From Rhizophagus irregularis (Eukaryota): a stretch of 64,000 bases of DNA. The stretch's first letter is position 1. The number at the start of each line of letters is the position of its first letter. Shown here one piece after another: positions 1 through 14,278 of the stretch. The position numbers and the translations under genes are program-made. The stretch is from the NCBI RefSeq assembly GCF_026210795.1, contig NC_089429.1:3162001-3226000 (forward strand), in the 5' to 3' direction. The notes under the pieces are model-generated. The model was not told where the DNA came from. It saw nothing but the letters and a program-made list of their open reading frames with translations, and searched no databases.

Positions 1-1721
1 GTATGGGTTTCTTAGATTCTGGCGAGGGAACAAACATATCATCATCTGCAAACATGTCAAATTCATCATTGGTTTTAATATTATTATTGTGATGATTTCC
101 GTTACGTTCGGTTAATGTTTCTTTATAATCTGCTGAGAACATATCAACATCATCATTCTGTATAACAGATTCTTGAGCATCTTTATTCTTCAGTAATTCC
201 AGATCTTTAACTGATTTATGATGAAGCTGCCGTTCATCATCCGCAATTCTGTCTTTTGTCGGATCATAATCTGCTGCAGAAAATCCTTGTTGATCTTCTC
301 CAGGAACAAAGTCTTCTGATGAAGCTTCGATTTTAGTCAAAGAGAAAGAAGTAGGGGAAGCAGTTGTCGGCGTAACTGGCGATACCAGTGTCGGAGTATC
401 TGCCGATTGAGTTTCTAAATAAAGTGTCATTAAAAAAAAAATTAACATACAATTCGAGCAATTACATCAAGAAATTTCGTATGCTACAAACCATGGATAT
501 CTAATTTAGGCTCTATTGTAGTTTCTGAAGATAGGTTATTATCAACTTTTACTGTAAGAGTTTCATTATTTTTATTTTTATACTTTTCCAAAATAGCATT
601 TCGCCGTTTGCGCCTTTCTTCTATTAGTTTTTCCTCATCTTCTTGAGTTTCAAAATTTATATAAAGAGAATCTTCTAATGATTGTTCATTCTTTGATTCA
701 TAATTTCTTGGTGGTTGTGAAGGATTTTGTACATCTCTATGGATTAAAAATATATTTATATATAGCCTTGGATAATCTAATATAATTAAAATAAAGACTG
801 ATACCTGTTTAATATTCCACTAGGGACAGAGCCACTAATTTCATATTCTATGATTTTTCTAGAACTTGATCCATTGGCTCGTTCTTCTCCGTATCGCCTA
901 GAAGATTCTTTGCGATTTCTTTCTTTATCATTAACACCGTCTCTTTCCTTACTATAACCCTTTTCTTTATCGTATCCCTTTACAGATTCTCTTTGATTAT
1001 ATCGATAATCTCGTTCATTATCATACCGATTGCGGGGTTCCTTGCTTCGCCGATTTACACTGAGACGTCGTTCACTGTGGTGAGAAGACGATCGATGACG
1101 AGAAGAATGGCGGCGAGATGTGTGATGACTTTCATCGTCAGAGGAAAAATCTTCTCTACTACGTTTAGGTTTACGGGAAGATGCAGGTGAAGGTTCAATA
1201 CGATTGGAGGAAAAATCGCTACGAGTTTCGTCGTCATCGACGACCATATGATCGGTCGAGTTTAAGTTGTTACCTAAACCATCCTTACGATGTTTTTCAC
1301 CTTCTTCTACACCGTTTTTTCTTTCAGACTCGTGACGTCGATGATGACCATGGTGGTTACGATCACGTTCTCGATCATGGTGTCGACGATGGCTATGAGA
1401 ATGTCTAATAGAGTGTCGTTTACGATCCTCTTTGTGTTTACGAACTCTTTCATGTGAGTTCCCCTTTTCCCTACCACTCGTTTCAACTGTAGAGTCATCA
1501 CGACTTCCAGCACTTAGCCTATGTTCCAGTGAGGATTCATCGGTAGCTTGACTTTGTGGTGAAGGTTGACCAGGGCCGGATAAAGCGGCCATACCAATTG
1601 TTACTTCCTCAACATTGCGCTTGCTTCTGTCATCTTCTTCACTGTCAAACGTCCCAGAATCATCAACAATCTCACCTTCTTCCGTTTCTGACAGTGACGG
1701 TCTTGTATCCATTAAGATCAT
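1..1721 (-). CDS. PRP4: PRP4-like pre-mRNA splicing Ser/Thr kinase, 5' part (runs off window start)
   Basis: R/S/H-rich low-complexity N-terminus (ORF 786-1721). GT-AG introns 804-737 and 491-415 join in frame to EDEEKLIEERRKRRNAILEKYK and DEFDMFADDDMF, motifs typical of Prp4 kinases. The kinase domain is outside the window. Confidence 0.75.
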
Positions 1722-3199
1722 TTTTTATAATTAACCGAATTTAGACAGATATTTTACGGAAAAGATTAAAAAAAAGTCAGTGGTTTTACTCAAACAAAAA
1801 AAAAAAAATCTCTCTCCTGAAGCCACAAACTTAAATGTAGTAAACAGTTTACTATAGAAGAATTAAAGGGGAAAACTCTAGATCGACAAAATATCTCGAC
1901 GAAAGTTAAAGCGGTGTTTATTCTGTCATAATAAAAATCTATTTTTATTTACGGGTAGAGAACCACTTTAAAACTAAAATTTGATCTTTATAGTTTGTAC
2001 CAAAAATTGATTTATAAAATCACGTGATTTAATATCGAAAATAATAATGCTAATCGCTAATCTGAAAAAGTTAGATTTTTGACAATATATGATCAATTCG
2101 AGATTTCATGATAGGTTGTCCTTTATAAGTGCACTTCATAAGTTTCTTTTTCGTTTTGTTACGTCGAGCATTATAAGCTTCTCTTTTTTGCTTATAAAGT
2201 TTTCGTTCTTCCCGTATTGACTACGCAGGATTAAACTAACATAAGACTTTCAATTTCATTAATTAATACAACAAATAATTAACTTACTTCTTTTTCGGCA
2301 CACTTCTCTCGGTGGATTCGTTCTCTTTCTTGAAAAACCTTGTAAAATGGGTTAGGCTTCGATTTTCTGCATTTAGTTAAAAAGGAGTTACTTTATGTAA
2401 AAAATTATACTCATCAAAGCAAAAAAAAAAGTATGAATTAAAATAACCTATTGCTTTTTGATTTCTAAAATATTAGCACTCGTTAGAAATAAGTTTTATG
2501 AATACATTCGTAAAAAAACACGACAGCCAACCTTTATTTCTATATTGTCTTTTTGATCTTTTCGCCCTTTTTCTACTTCTGATTCATTCCTTAAGGATGA
2601 TGCGAAAGTTTTTTCAATATTTGTGTCAAAATCGAAAATCTACATATATTAATCGTTACATTCGCTTAGTTTTTTATTTAAATAAGAATTCATAAATTTA
2701 CATACTTCACGATAAAACGTGGGAAGTTCTAGATTTTTCCCTTCCTTTACCAAGGTCTTGTAAAAATCTTTTTTTATTTTTGCTTTACGGATAAGTTTCT
2801 TTCGGATTTGTTTTGCTAGTTAAATAACTAAACATTACTACTATCATTAAAGTATTGTTACGTAATACATGAAACAAACCTTTGTTATGGTAAGAATTAC
2901 GCGTCCTATTTTTTGGAAGATTTCCCATTTTTCTAATACAGTAAATACAACAGTTCTAACAAAAAATTTTTTGTGACCAAATTTATGTTAACTTGTATTA
3001 CGTAAGGTTAAAGTTTATATAATTTAGGTAATAATCCTTAATTCTGGTCAGATTTATGCATAATTCTGGTTAGACTTAATTTAAGGGTCAATTGCTACTT
3101 CAAAAAACATTTTGAATGTATATTTTGATTAAGAATCTGTTTTATTTTATACAGCCTATATATAAGTTTTGGTTAAATTTATAAAAATCAAAATATAAT

Positions 3200-3700
3200 G
3201 TTAGAAATATTTGTAGTCAATTTTATTTATATTTCATTTTCTTCATTCTTTTGTTATTTTTATTTCCTTTATTTTTTTAGTGATTTTATTCCCTTTTATT
3301 CCCTTTCATTTTCCCTTTATTTTCTCATAGTATTTATTTCCTTTTATTTCTTTCATTGTTTTTTTTATTTCCCTTCATTTTTTTCATTATTTTTTCTATT
3401 CTTTTTTTGCTTCCCTTTATTCCCTTTTTATTTTTCTTATTTTTCTTATTAAATTTTATTTTCTCTTTGATTCTTTTATTTCTTTATTCTTTTACTATTT
3501 TTTACTTTTTTTTCATTTCCTTTAGTATGGTTATCTTCATTTTTCTTTATTCTTTTTTCTTTATTTTTGTTTTCCTATATCTTTTCATTTATTCATTTTT
3601 TTTATTCATTTTTATGTCTCTTTTGATTTATCTTTTATGTATTTTCATTATATTTTTGTTTATTTTTTATTATTTTTGTTTATCTCTCATTTCCTACTTT
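3200..3700. repeat. T-rich low-complexity tract
   Basis: Strong T/C skew; the poly-Phe ORFs here are compositional artefacts. Confidence 0.7.
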
Positions 3701-4543
3701 ACAGAAATTCAAGTTTCAAGTGATATTATTTTGATATTATTTTAATATTGATTCAATATTGATTTAATATCAATATAATATCAAAATAAAATATTATCAT
3801 TTTGATATAAAAATGACATTGAAATAACATATTTAAATTTAACTTAAAGATGTCATTACGATGTTATTTTGATATTATTTCAATGTTTTTTTTTTTTTTT
3901 TTTAAATGATTTATATATGCTTTATTGATATTAAGTTTTATATATCATACAAACAAATTATCATAGCCTATATCCACCCAACAGGATGCAATAATCAAAA
4001 TACAGGTAATAAGAGAAAAATAATAGTTGATACTATACCAATTAATTTGGACTACAAGATTTTAAGTTTTTTTTTTTTCCATCCCCCTTTTTCTTTCAAA
4101 ATTAATGAATTTAAATTCAGAGTAAAATTAATTATACTGGTCAGAATAGTCCATTTCGGCAAAATTTTAAATTGCTGAATGTTGGATGAAATTTGGTCTG
4201 ACCTTAACCGATCAGTACCAAAAAAATCAGCAACTAATTTTATGAACGATTTGCACCGTAACGCCTGCCACTCGCAATTAAAATTTGGCAAAGTTTTTGA
4301 ATTAGTTGAAAAAAATCGGCTGTACATATCAATAAAATTCGAACCTGCCATGCAAATGAAATTCGTCATAAACAATTGACTATTCGTCTAAAAATCGATA
4401 TTGATTTAAATTGCCGATTTGCGAAAATAAATAAAATCGACCATAATAATTTTAACAAAATTTAGCAAATTTAAGTTTTAAAACAGTAATTTTATTTCAA
4501 TTGATTTACCAATTATTTTAATTAAATCTAAAAATTTCTTACG

Positions 4544-4858
4544 AAAATAATACTAAAATAATACGAAAATAATAAAAATTTCCTACAACAATAATACAAA
4601 AATAATACAAAAATAATACAAAAATAATACTAAAATAATACTAAAATAATACTAAAATAATACTAAAATAATACTAAAATAATACTAAAATAATACTAAA
4701 ATAATACTAAAATAATACTAAAATAATAAAAATTTCCTATAAAAATACTACTAAAATAATATGAAAATCACGAAAATAATACGAAAATAATACTAAAATA
4801 ATATGAAAATAATGAAAATAATACAAAATAATACTAAAATAATACGAAAATAATAAAA
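4544..4858. repeat. 11-bp tandem repeat (AAAATAATACT)n
   Basis: Directly visible array with a near-perfect core at about 4620-4725. Confidence 0.9.
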
Positions 4859-6666
4859 ATTTCCTACAAAAATAAAAAATTCAATCCACAATTCCACAAA
4901 AAAACCCATAATTTTCAAAAAAAAATCCAAAAAAAATGACGAATTCACAATATTTAAATTTGAAAAAAAGTTAGTATAACAAAAACTCAAAATAAAAATC
5001 AAAGTACAAATTTATATCATTTGTCTGTTTCATCTTCCATTTCTGGTAATTCTTTCACTCCAATTGGTTCTAATTCTTTCACTTCCATTAGTTCCGATTC
5101 TTCTGTTAGTTCTGATTCTTCTATTCCCATTGGTTCTGAATCTTCTATTACCTCTATTTCATTCATCTTCGCTGACACTTCCACATTTTCTGCCATTATT
5201 AGATTCTCCATCGTTTGAATCGGTGTTTCCAGCTCAAAAAAGTTGGTATCAGTTAGCGTATTCTGCTCCACGTAGGTCCAATTTGAAGCACCTTGTGTAT
5301 GACGAGAGACGATATTATATATCTCATCATCATAATTTCGTGTTCGTATCAGTTGTGCAGATTGAAGAGAAAAAGCATGTTGGTCCAAAATATTTTGTAA
5401 AAAATCTATTAACTATTATTAGAAAAAAAATCAATCCTATTATGAAAAAAATAAAACAAATAAAAAATAAAAAATAAAAATACTACAAATAAGTTATTAA
5501 ACCTCTTCAGATCTCCAAGACGGATTATAAACATTGATATGTCTTTTACCGTCTGGTTGCTTCTCATCCGATTCAAAATACTCTGGAACGTGATATCGGT
5601 TATCGTTTAAAACATTCAAAAGTTTTTTTCGATCATAATTCTCTAGTTTTTCGTCATTTTTATCGAAAAGCGATTTTGCGTCTTTAACTCGACATACTTT
5701 TTTCTATATTTAAAGTTTTGACGAATGATGAAATTTTTTTTGAAATAATAAAAAAATTATTTACCTCATTTAACCGATTGTTTTGATGTAGACGACGATT
5801 ATCTTTGTCTAAAGTGCTGTGTTGTTTATATAGTAACAAACGCACTTTGCAATGTTTATGTAAAGCGGCAAGCCAAGACTTGACTTACCTTTATCGTAGA
5901 GTATACCTTAGCTTCATCGCTTCAATTAGTCAAAGTATAATCTGTTAAAAAATTTCATTATTCGACTCACTGCTAAACTTTTCATCGTATATTAATTCTA
6001 GTTCAATTGGAAAAGTTTTTAAAATTGTCTTCTTTTCAGCTTAAATTGAACAAAATATCAGTTTAGTGAGCGTTAAAAGCATACATTGAAAAAGGATTTT
6101 TAGACGAACCCTAGCTTCTTCTTCATCTATTTCCATTTCATCTCCAGAATCGCACACCATATTTTTTCCTTTCCTACGCTTTGTTGGTCATTGATTCTTT
6201 TCAAATTCGATATCTTGAAGGTCAGATGAACGTCAGTGACGCAAGACGTTGTTTTCCTGGCTAAGTATATTGTTATACGATTGTAATTGGTCGACATCTA
6301 GCCATAGATCACGCAACTTGCCATTTGCATTATTGAGTTGCCGATTTAATTCATCGATTTTTCACCGTAAGTAGACATTTTCTTCTCAGAGATTAACCGT
6401 TTCTAAAAAACATTAAAGTCGACCAGAACTCTAAAATGAATACAAAAATCAATTGTAGCTCACCATTTACATCTCTAGTCCAATTACTCCTATAGGTTTC
6501 AGTACGAATAATCAGCATTAATTTTCTATAGTGGACATTACTCTTATAATAAGGTTTGGTGCATGCTAGCGTTAATTTCCTATGATGGATATTACTCCTA
6601 TAAGGTTCAGTACGTGTAAATGGAGTTAGTTCTCTTTGTACGATTACATTACGAATTGGTAGTACC

Positions 6667-7069
6667 TATACATGTTGCCGAAATATTTCGGCTATTTCGC
6701 CCACGTGACAAACTCTTCAAAGCAAGATCATCTGATTTCATAGATTTGGCTGAAATTAGGCTTCAAATAGGTTAATCTGGGTCTGAAGAACCTATGAAAG
6801 AACTTTTGAGGAATTTCGACCAACTTACATAATTTCGGCAAGGCTCTGGAATTTCGGACAACATATATTTAATATATGGCCAAAACTTTAAAGTCCGATT
6901 CGAAATTATTGCAGATTATGCCAAAATTTTCTGAAGTCTGCCAAAAGTTGCTGCAGATCTGGCCCAAATTATCTGAGGTTTAAAAAATTTTATTGATATA
7001 TCTACAAGTAGCTATATTTTGGTGCCGAAATGCGGCCGAAATTGAAAAAAAGTTTCGGCAACATGTATA
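6667..7069. mobile_element. hAT-type MITE
   Basis: TIR TATACATGTTGCCGAAA / TTTCGGCAACATGTATA; perfect 8-bp TSD GTAGTACC (6659-6666, 7070-7077). Confidence 0.9.
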
Positions 7070-7154
7070 GTAGTACCATCCTGCTTTGTTGGTACAAGCT
7101 GGATGGTACCACTAAACGAAATAGCTCATTATCTTCTGAAGTTTCTAGTATCAA

Positions 7155-7680
7155 CATTTGCTTTTGGGATTTAGTAGAGCCAGAAGCTGCAGATTCTTGC
7201 TGTTTCGTCGCTTACTTTTGGGTTCTGGTAGAGCCAAAAGCTGCAGATTCTTGCTGTTTCATCACTTGCTTTTGGGTTCTGGTAGAGCCAGAAGTTGCAG
7301 ATTCTTGCTGTTTCGTTACTTACTTTTGGGTTCTGGTAAAGCCAGAAGCTGCGGATTCTTGTTGTTTCAACATTTGCTTTTGGTTCTGGTAGAGCCAGAA
7401 GCTGCAGATTCTTGCTGTTTCGTCGTTTGCTTTTGGGTTCTGATAGAGCCAGAAGCTGCAGATTTTTGTTGTTTTAACGTTTGCTTTTGGGTTTTGGTAG
7501 AGCTGGAAACTGTAGATTCTTGTTGTTTTGACGCTTGCTTTTGGGTTCTGGTAAAGCTGGAAGCTATGGATTCCTGTTGTTTGACATTTACTTTTGAGTT
7601 TTGATAGAGCTTGAAGCTGCAGATTCTTGTTGTTTCGATATCGACATTTGTTTGGGAGAATTGGAACTTGCAGATTCTGA
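7155..7680. repeat. 54-bp tandem repeat, about 9 diverging units
   Basis: Unit TTGCTTTTGGGTTCTGGTAGAGCCAGAAGCTGCAGATTCTTGCTGTTTC..; period 54 (7212 to 7266). Confidence 0.9.
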
Positions 7681-9243
7681 TTTTGTGCTGAAGTTTATTT
7701 GTGAAACTCTTGATGATTTTTTTCAACACTTTTTTTTTCAGATTGTTTCATTCTTTATAGTAGATTTTAATAAACAGAAGAATAGTAAAATTAGTAAATA
7801 AAGTAGAACTTTCTTTCGATTTATATAAAAGTTACGTTTAACGATCAATATAAAAATGTATTGCAGGTTTTATAAAAATTACGAGAATTGTTTATTGAAA
7901 AAATAAAATTATTTTTACGAAAAAAATTCGATTGATGGAGTTTTATAAGCAGATTTTATAAAAATTATAAGAATTATTTATCAAAAAAATAAAATTATTT
8001 TTGTGAAAAAAATTCGATTGATGGAGCTCTATAAAATTCAAAATTCAAAATAAGCTTCCTGGAAAAAAGTCTATTTGATAAAAATAAAACCAAAATTTGA
8101 TTTAAAAGTTAATTAATCGTTAAAAAAAGTTTAATTGAAATTAGACTTTTATTACTTTTATCAAATCAATTACTAACGGATCAAATTTAACCAAAAATTT
8201 TAAATTAAAAAAAAAAATTTCATGATTGAAAATTTAATTAATTGAAATCTCGAAATTAAACTTTTATTAAATCAATTACTAACAGATCAAATTTAACCGA
8301 AAATTTCAAATTAAAAAAAAAATTTCATAAAATTTTAATATCAAGAGAAAAATTGACTTCATTTGTCAAAATTTCGTTAAATTTTAAAGTATATATTAAT
8401 TATAACTGATTCTTTGTCAAATTTTATAAAACATGACTAGAAGAAGATCGATTAATCAAATTATGGGTTCGGAAAGGATAGCAAACTGACTATCTTCTAG
8501 AAGGTTTAGCAAAAAAAGAACCAAAGTCCAGTTCCTTGTTATTGTGACAAATGTAATGGAAAACTGGTTATATTACGAACCAAAATGCTTCATGAAGCGG
8601 TGGAAAATACAACTGACTCGAATCTTAATAGTAGTTTGGCTTTATTGTTACTAATTTATCAAGAAGAGGATTTGACAATAACTTCGTTAGAAGAAAATCT
8701 GATAAATGAAGATATTTTGATATCTCCATTAAATAAAGAAATTTCGGTAATAACTCCTTTTGAAGAAGATTCGACAACAACTCCATTAAATGAAAAAGAT
8801 AATTCAACAACTCCAGAATACAACGAAAACAAATATATTTTTTTACCTTGAAGCCGTACAAGAAGCTACACAAATCGCCCACAAATTATGCTCGAACATT
8901 TAGGAACAGAAGATTTGAGCAATTCTGATTATGAACAACATACTGATACTTCTTCCTCTTCTGATGGCAATGAGTCAGATGATGGAACTTTTGCCGATAC
9001 TTTTGAAAATTATTTACCGCCAGATTTTAAATCATATCAAGAGAAAGTAAAAATGACAATCGATGATAAATTTTCATGGATTTTATTGTGGATAATAACC
9101 TTTCAAAAAAAGTTCAATCTCCCTGAAACAGCAACCGAATCTCAACTAAAATTCATGAAAATAGTGTTAAAAGAAATTGGCGGAGATATTTACGATAGCT
9201 TTCCTGACTCTCTATATCTGGCAAGAATTCAACTTGGCCTGAA

Positions 9244-9703
9244 TAGTGCTCTGAAACGAGTCGAGTTGACTCGCGAGTTGGTCGAGTCGAGGTCGCGTTG
9301 AAAATTACAATCAAATCGAATCGATTCGAGTCGAGTTAATAATTTAATAAAATCGAGTCGAGTCGAGTTAAGCCGAATTAAACATAATTCCGGCCAAATT
9401 TATGGAATTTCCTTTTTTGGAAATTATGTTACACAAAATCCGAGACGAAAATTTTTTGAAAATTACAAAAATGGAATTTTGTAGAATGGCTATCGCCAAA
9501 AAAAGGAAATGATCAGCATAGCCGAATTAAAATCACGTGATTTAATTCAACTCGACTCGATTCGGTTTAACGGGCCAACTCGATTCGAATCGAGTCGAGG
9601 TTTATATTTTTATAATTTTAACTCGATTCGACTCATTCATTTAAGCTCGAGTCGAATCGAGTTTACATATAACTCGACTCGACTCGGCTCGTTCGGAGCT
9701 CTA
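9244..9703. mobile_element. hAT-type MITE with GAGTC/GACTC subterminal repeats
   Basis: Ends TAGTGCTCTGAA / TTCGGAGCTCTA; 8-bp TSD GGCCTGAA/GGTCTGAA. Removal restores the transposase frame IQLGL-KDRFYSF. Confidence 0.9.
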
Positions 9704-10013
9704 GGTCTGAAAGATCGTTTCTATAGTTTCGTGTCATGTCCGAAATGTCATAAATTATATAACAAGACAGACATGGACGAAATTCAAAAAAATGACAGTA
9801 TCGGTATCATAAGATGCAGTCACGTCGAATTTCCAAATTCGGCGTCTTGAAGGATGAAATCGTATCAAATGGTCTTGGCTGAAAAAGAGGTTAAAAAGCC
9901 AGAATTAATATATCCGTTTGTACTGATTCATCAACAATTGGAAGTTCTATATTATCGGCCTCACTTTGAACGGTTACTTCAACATGTATCAAATTGTCGA
10001 CGATTCGATAATA

Positions 10014-10289
10014 GGCCAAAAGAAATAAAATTATTCATTTCTCATGAAAAAAATTGCTAAATTTGATCTAGCCGTAGAAAAAAATATTTTTTAATAAAAA
10101 TTTAGCCGATTCCTAGAAGTTAATTGGTTGATTTAATAAATTTTGCGGGTCATCGAATGGAAAAAAAAATTATTTTTTTATGATTATGATTGGTCAAAAC
10201 TAAAATTACATGACTAAATAAAATATCTTTTTTTAACATTTACATGACCCGCCCAGTTATGGAAAATGAATAATTTTATTTACTTGGCC
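10014..10289. mobile_element. MITE with 3-bp TSD (PIF/Harbinger-like)
   Basis: TIR GGCCAA..AAATAAAATTATTCATTT / AAATGAATAATTTTATTTACTTGGCC; TSD ATA. Removal restores FDNILTDIYDG. Confidence 0.85.
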
Positions 10290-12342
10290 ATATACTGACC
10301 GATATATATGACGGTCAAATCTGGAAAACATTCAGAGAAGCTGATGATGAAAATTCAGCTAAAATTTTCTGACCAGAAGTAGCTGATTCACATCTAGGAC
10401 TGATGATAAACCTTGATTGGTTCCAGCCTTACGATGGTATATTTTATAGTATCGGGTAATTTACGTGGCTATCTGTAATTTACCCCCGTGATATTTGGTT
10501 CAAGTGCGAAAATTTGCTGGTTCTCGGTCTACTACCAGGACCGAACGAAGTAAGCTTGCACAAGATTAATCATTATATTGCGCCTATTGTCAATGAATTA
10601 GAGTTACTATAGAGTGGAATAACTTTAAATCGAACATTTGAGTGCCAAAACGGGAAAAATATTCGTGCAGCTTTAGTACTAATTTTATGCGATATTCCTG
10701 CTACTCAGAAAATATGCGGGCATATTTCAGCTTTAGTTTCTTGCCATCGGTATATGAAATGAACAAATTATGAAGATCACCAACATAATTTTGCAGGTAT
10801 GGAGGATATGGAGAATTAGTTCATTACTCGCGATTTGACCAAACATTATCGGAATGCTCTTGCATAGCGAAGTTGCAATTCCACCAATTTAAGAAAGAAT
10901 TTCGTTAGTGAAAAAGAAGTTAGATGGTCGGAGTTACTTCAATTGCCGTACTTTGACCTAATTCGTTTTATTATTGTAGATCCAATGCACTGCTTATTCT
11001 TAGGAATTGCAAGGTGGATAATAAAGAGGATTTGGATTGATAAGGGTGTTTTAATCCTGAATAATCTAAAGAAGATTCAAGAAAAATGAATCAATTCAAA
11101 GTACCGGCTGATTTGGGATGAATTCCTGGAAATATTGAGTGTAGAGAAGGGTTTTTGAACTATACAGCCGATCAGTGGCAAATTTTCTTTATGATCTACA
11201 CAACTACCTCATTGTGAGAACATTTACCATCAAAAGATCGAAAAATCTTAACACATTTCGTTAGAGTTTGTTCTATTTTAGTAAGCTGAATTTTAGAAAT
11301 TGAATTAATGGAAGAAGCTCATGAGAGGCTAATTAAAATAATTAAGCTTATTGAAGTACACTATGGAAGAGTAAAAATTACGCCTAATCTTCACCTTTTA
11401 CTCTATTTATGCGATTGTTTGAATGATTTTGGTTCATTATATGCATTTTGGTGTTTTTCATTTGAGCATATGAATAAAATACTCAGTAAGATATTCTTTT
11501 TTTTTACTTTTTTACTTTATTTGGACATTGTTAATCTTATTTTTAATAATTTTTAAGGCTCGTTGCCAACAAGTAATAGACAAATTGAACCGGAAATAAT
11601 GCGTCAGATAATAAATGATAATCTAATTGGAGATATCATTAGTTCTGACATTCAAACGAAAGGTTTAGAATTGCTTGAAGATCGACCCACAACTGGTTCA
11701 ATATCGGCTGCAGACCAATTTTCTTCAGATGAACTAGAGCAGTTTTGGCTAAATGCTAAAAACATACAGGAATCGACTATTACTGGATGCGAGCCATTTC
11801 CTGAAGAAATGCTAAAGCCTAGTTCTGAAGCAATAATGACTGAGTCAATGCTCGAACTGATGGTTACTTTTTATAATGCTTCTTATATTGAAACGTATAA
11901 GTTTAACAAATCAGCAGATGAAATTATCCAAGATTCTATAATAATTCAAGTAAAGATAAATCAATTTGGAAGATGCTGAATTGGTTCTGAAGTATTTGGT
12001 TTTGCAATGTCAGTTCGACATACAAAAAGCTCGTATGTCCTAGCCAAATTTATAACTAGTGATAGGGAAGTCGACAGTTATCCTGGACAAATTCAATACT
12101 TCTTTAAACATACAGTCAACTTGCCAAATGGACAAATAGAACATAATTTGGCATATATTCGTTGGTATCGACCAGCTAGTACGAGTAAAAGTCAATATTA
12201 TTTTCATATTAATGATTAAGACAAGAGCTGTAACGTCGAATTGTGGAAATCTGAATTTTATGATAAAAGCCGTGACTGTATTATTCCCGTACATAATATC
12301 CTTTGTCAATTTATACTATCAAAATATCAAATTTCTACTCGG

Positions 12343-12944
12343 TGTCACCTACGTCTGCCATCCGTGAGTAAACACAATTTCTTATATTCACTTTATTACG
12401 CTTAGTTTAGATTTTTCTTATTCTCTTATTTTCTTTCGTTATATCCTTTTTCATATATAACGTTCCATTCCTTTATTAACTCATAACTTTAACTTACGAA
12501 CTACAATAATTCCTTCTTACAGTAAATAAACTTCACATAATAACTTTTAATTTTACTTTGGACTGTTAATTTCATATTAGAATCATTAATTATTAATCGT
12601 TGTTCATAGTGAAACCACTATGATAACTCTTTATTAATATTAATTTCATCCTGAGTCAAGATACCAAATCGAGACTGCAGAATTCCTACTGAATTCCACT
12701 CTTATTTATATTTTTAAAAAAAATCATTTCTAATATTATCTTTAATCTATGACTCAACTTGAATAATTATAACTCATAGATTATCATCTTTCCATCTGAT
12801 TCCATCTATTTCCATCTAATCTTTAAGTCACGCTAAATTATTTATAGCCAAACTAAACTAAATATAACTAATCTAAATATAAATAACTATAAATAACTAA
12901 ACTATAAATAAATACTTATAAATAGATATTATATAATTATAACA
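12343..12944 (-). repeat. Putative 3' LTR
   Basis: Minus strand begins TGTTATAAT and ends GTGACA at the junction with the interrupted CACTA transposase. The partner LTR is not in the window. Confidence 0.5.
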
Positions 12945-13090
12945 TCATATTCTCTAATTATCTCGGTTAAATATTCTTCCATCGGTTAAATGTTTATCCA
13001 TATTCCATTTGGTCCTTTATTTATCCGATCACGTGATTATCTTGATTTCATAGGTTACAGTTATCTCTTCCAAGAAAAATTTGAGTCCCA

Positions 13091-14278
13091 TCAAATTCTA
13101 ATTATAACTTCAAAATTTGATCTATCGATATATTCCTTTAATAATTCTCTATTTACTGGTGTTTTCTGTATTCTTCCTTCCATAGTCTTGATTCTATAAG
13201 ATCCTTTAGAAACTTTTTCGTATATATAATAAGATCCTTTCCATTTTTCTTCTAATTTTCCAGACCATTGTTTTTCTTTTGCTGCATCGTAATATAATAC
13301 TTTATCTCCTATCTGAAATTTCTTCTTTATTTTATTTTTCTTATCATGATATAACTTTTGTTTCTCTTAAGATTTTTCAATATTTTCTTTAGCTTGATTT
13401 CTAATGCTTGGTAATTCCTCAATTAGACTATTAATTCTTTGTGTTATTGTAACATTTTCATCCTCTAAATTCAATAATGTCTTCATTTCCCTTCCATATA
13501 TTAAATATCCTGATTTTAACTTCATCGAATCATTCTTTTTTGTTCTATAAGCAAATAAAACTCCTGGTACTTTTAAATCCCAATCTTCAACATTACTTAA
13601 TTTCACCAATGATTCACATAATATCTTATTGAATCTTTCAATTAATCCATTCATTTTTGGGTGATAAAACATTAAAAAATTATGTTTTATCTGAAATTCC
13701 TCCATCAACAATTTTACTAATTTATTATTAAAATGGCTTCCCCTATCACTTAATATCTTCTTTGGATATCCATGTCTGCATATTATATCTTCATAAATGA
13801 ATCTTGCAATTTCTTTAGCATCTGCTGTTTCTAAAGCTCTAGCTTCTGGCCATTTCGTAAAATAATCCATAGCTGTAACTATGTATCTATTATTTCTTCC
13901 TGTTATTGGTAATGGTCCCACAACATTTATTCCAATCTGATAAAATGGTTCTTTAACTCTAATTACATTTAATTCATGTTTTCCAATCGGGTTTCCTCTT
14001 CTTTGACAACTATCGCATGATTTAACATATATTTCTATATCTCACCTTATTCCTTTCCAATAATATTTCTCTTTAACTTTTTCATGTGTTGCATTTATTC
14101 CAAAATGTCCAGATAATTCATGGTCATGTGCAATATACATTAATCCTTTGAACTCATATTTTCTTATTACTCTCAAATCTTTATTATCTTTTATTCTATA
14201 TAACAAGCCATCTTTTATTCTATAATGTTGTTCATTATCTATATTTTCAATTATCTCGTTATATTTATCTTCTTCCAT
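13091..14278 (-). pseudogene. Gypsy integrase (H2C2 zinc finger, rve core, GPY/F-like tail)
   Basis: HDHELSGHFG..YYWKG..VKSCDSCQ, GPLP..NRYIVTAMDYFTKWPEA, SDRGSHF and NGLIERFN; internal stops. Confidence 0.9.

Larger units (their letters stand above)
5017..7751 (-). pseudogene. Transposon accessory gene with 18-aa N-terminal repeats (spliced, disrupted)
   Basis: ATG at about 7751, 54-bp repeats encoding KQQESAASGSTRTQKQxx, intron-like breaks, and an acidic C-terminal exon (ORF 5017-5388). Contains frameshifts and stops. Confidence 0.5.
4135..12342. mobile_element. Decayed CACTA/EnSpm (CMC)-type DNA transposon with two divergent genes, interrupted on the right by an LTR element
   Basis: Transposase on +, accessory gene on -, and a subterminal 11-bp tandem array. 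The left boundary is approximate. Confidence 0.6.
8433..12342 (+). pseudogene. CACTA/EnSpm-type transposase (Transposase_21-like), decayed
   Basis: Motifs CYCDKC, FVSCPKCHKLY, DIYDGQIWK, LMINLDWFQPY, CDIPA, WSELLQLPYFD..DPMHCLFLGIA, ITPNLHL and YAFWCFSFE. Many stops and frameshifts; two MITE insertions. Confidence 0.8.

Noticed and set aside
3198..3745. Hydrophobic Phe-rich ORFs as membrane proteins
   Set aside because: Artefact of a T-rich low-complexity tract.
4544..4858. Telomere-like tandem repeat
   Set aside because: The 11-bp AT-rich unit is unlike TTAGGG, is internal, and is positioned as a transposon subterminal array.
7030..7604. Plus-strand Cys-rich repeat ORFs (EPEAADSCCF)
   Set aside because: Antisense shadow of the 54-bp repeat; the minus-strand reading fits the surrounding gene orientation better.
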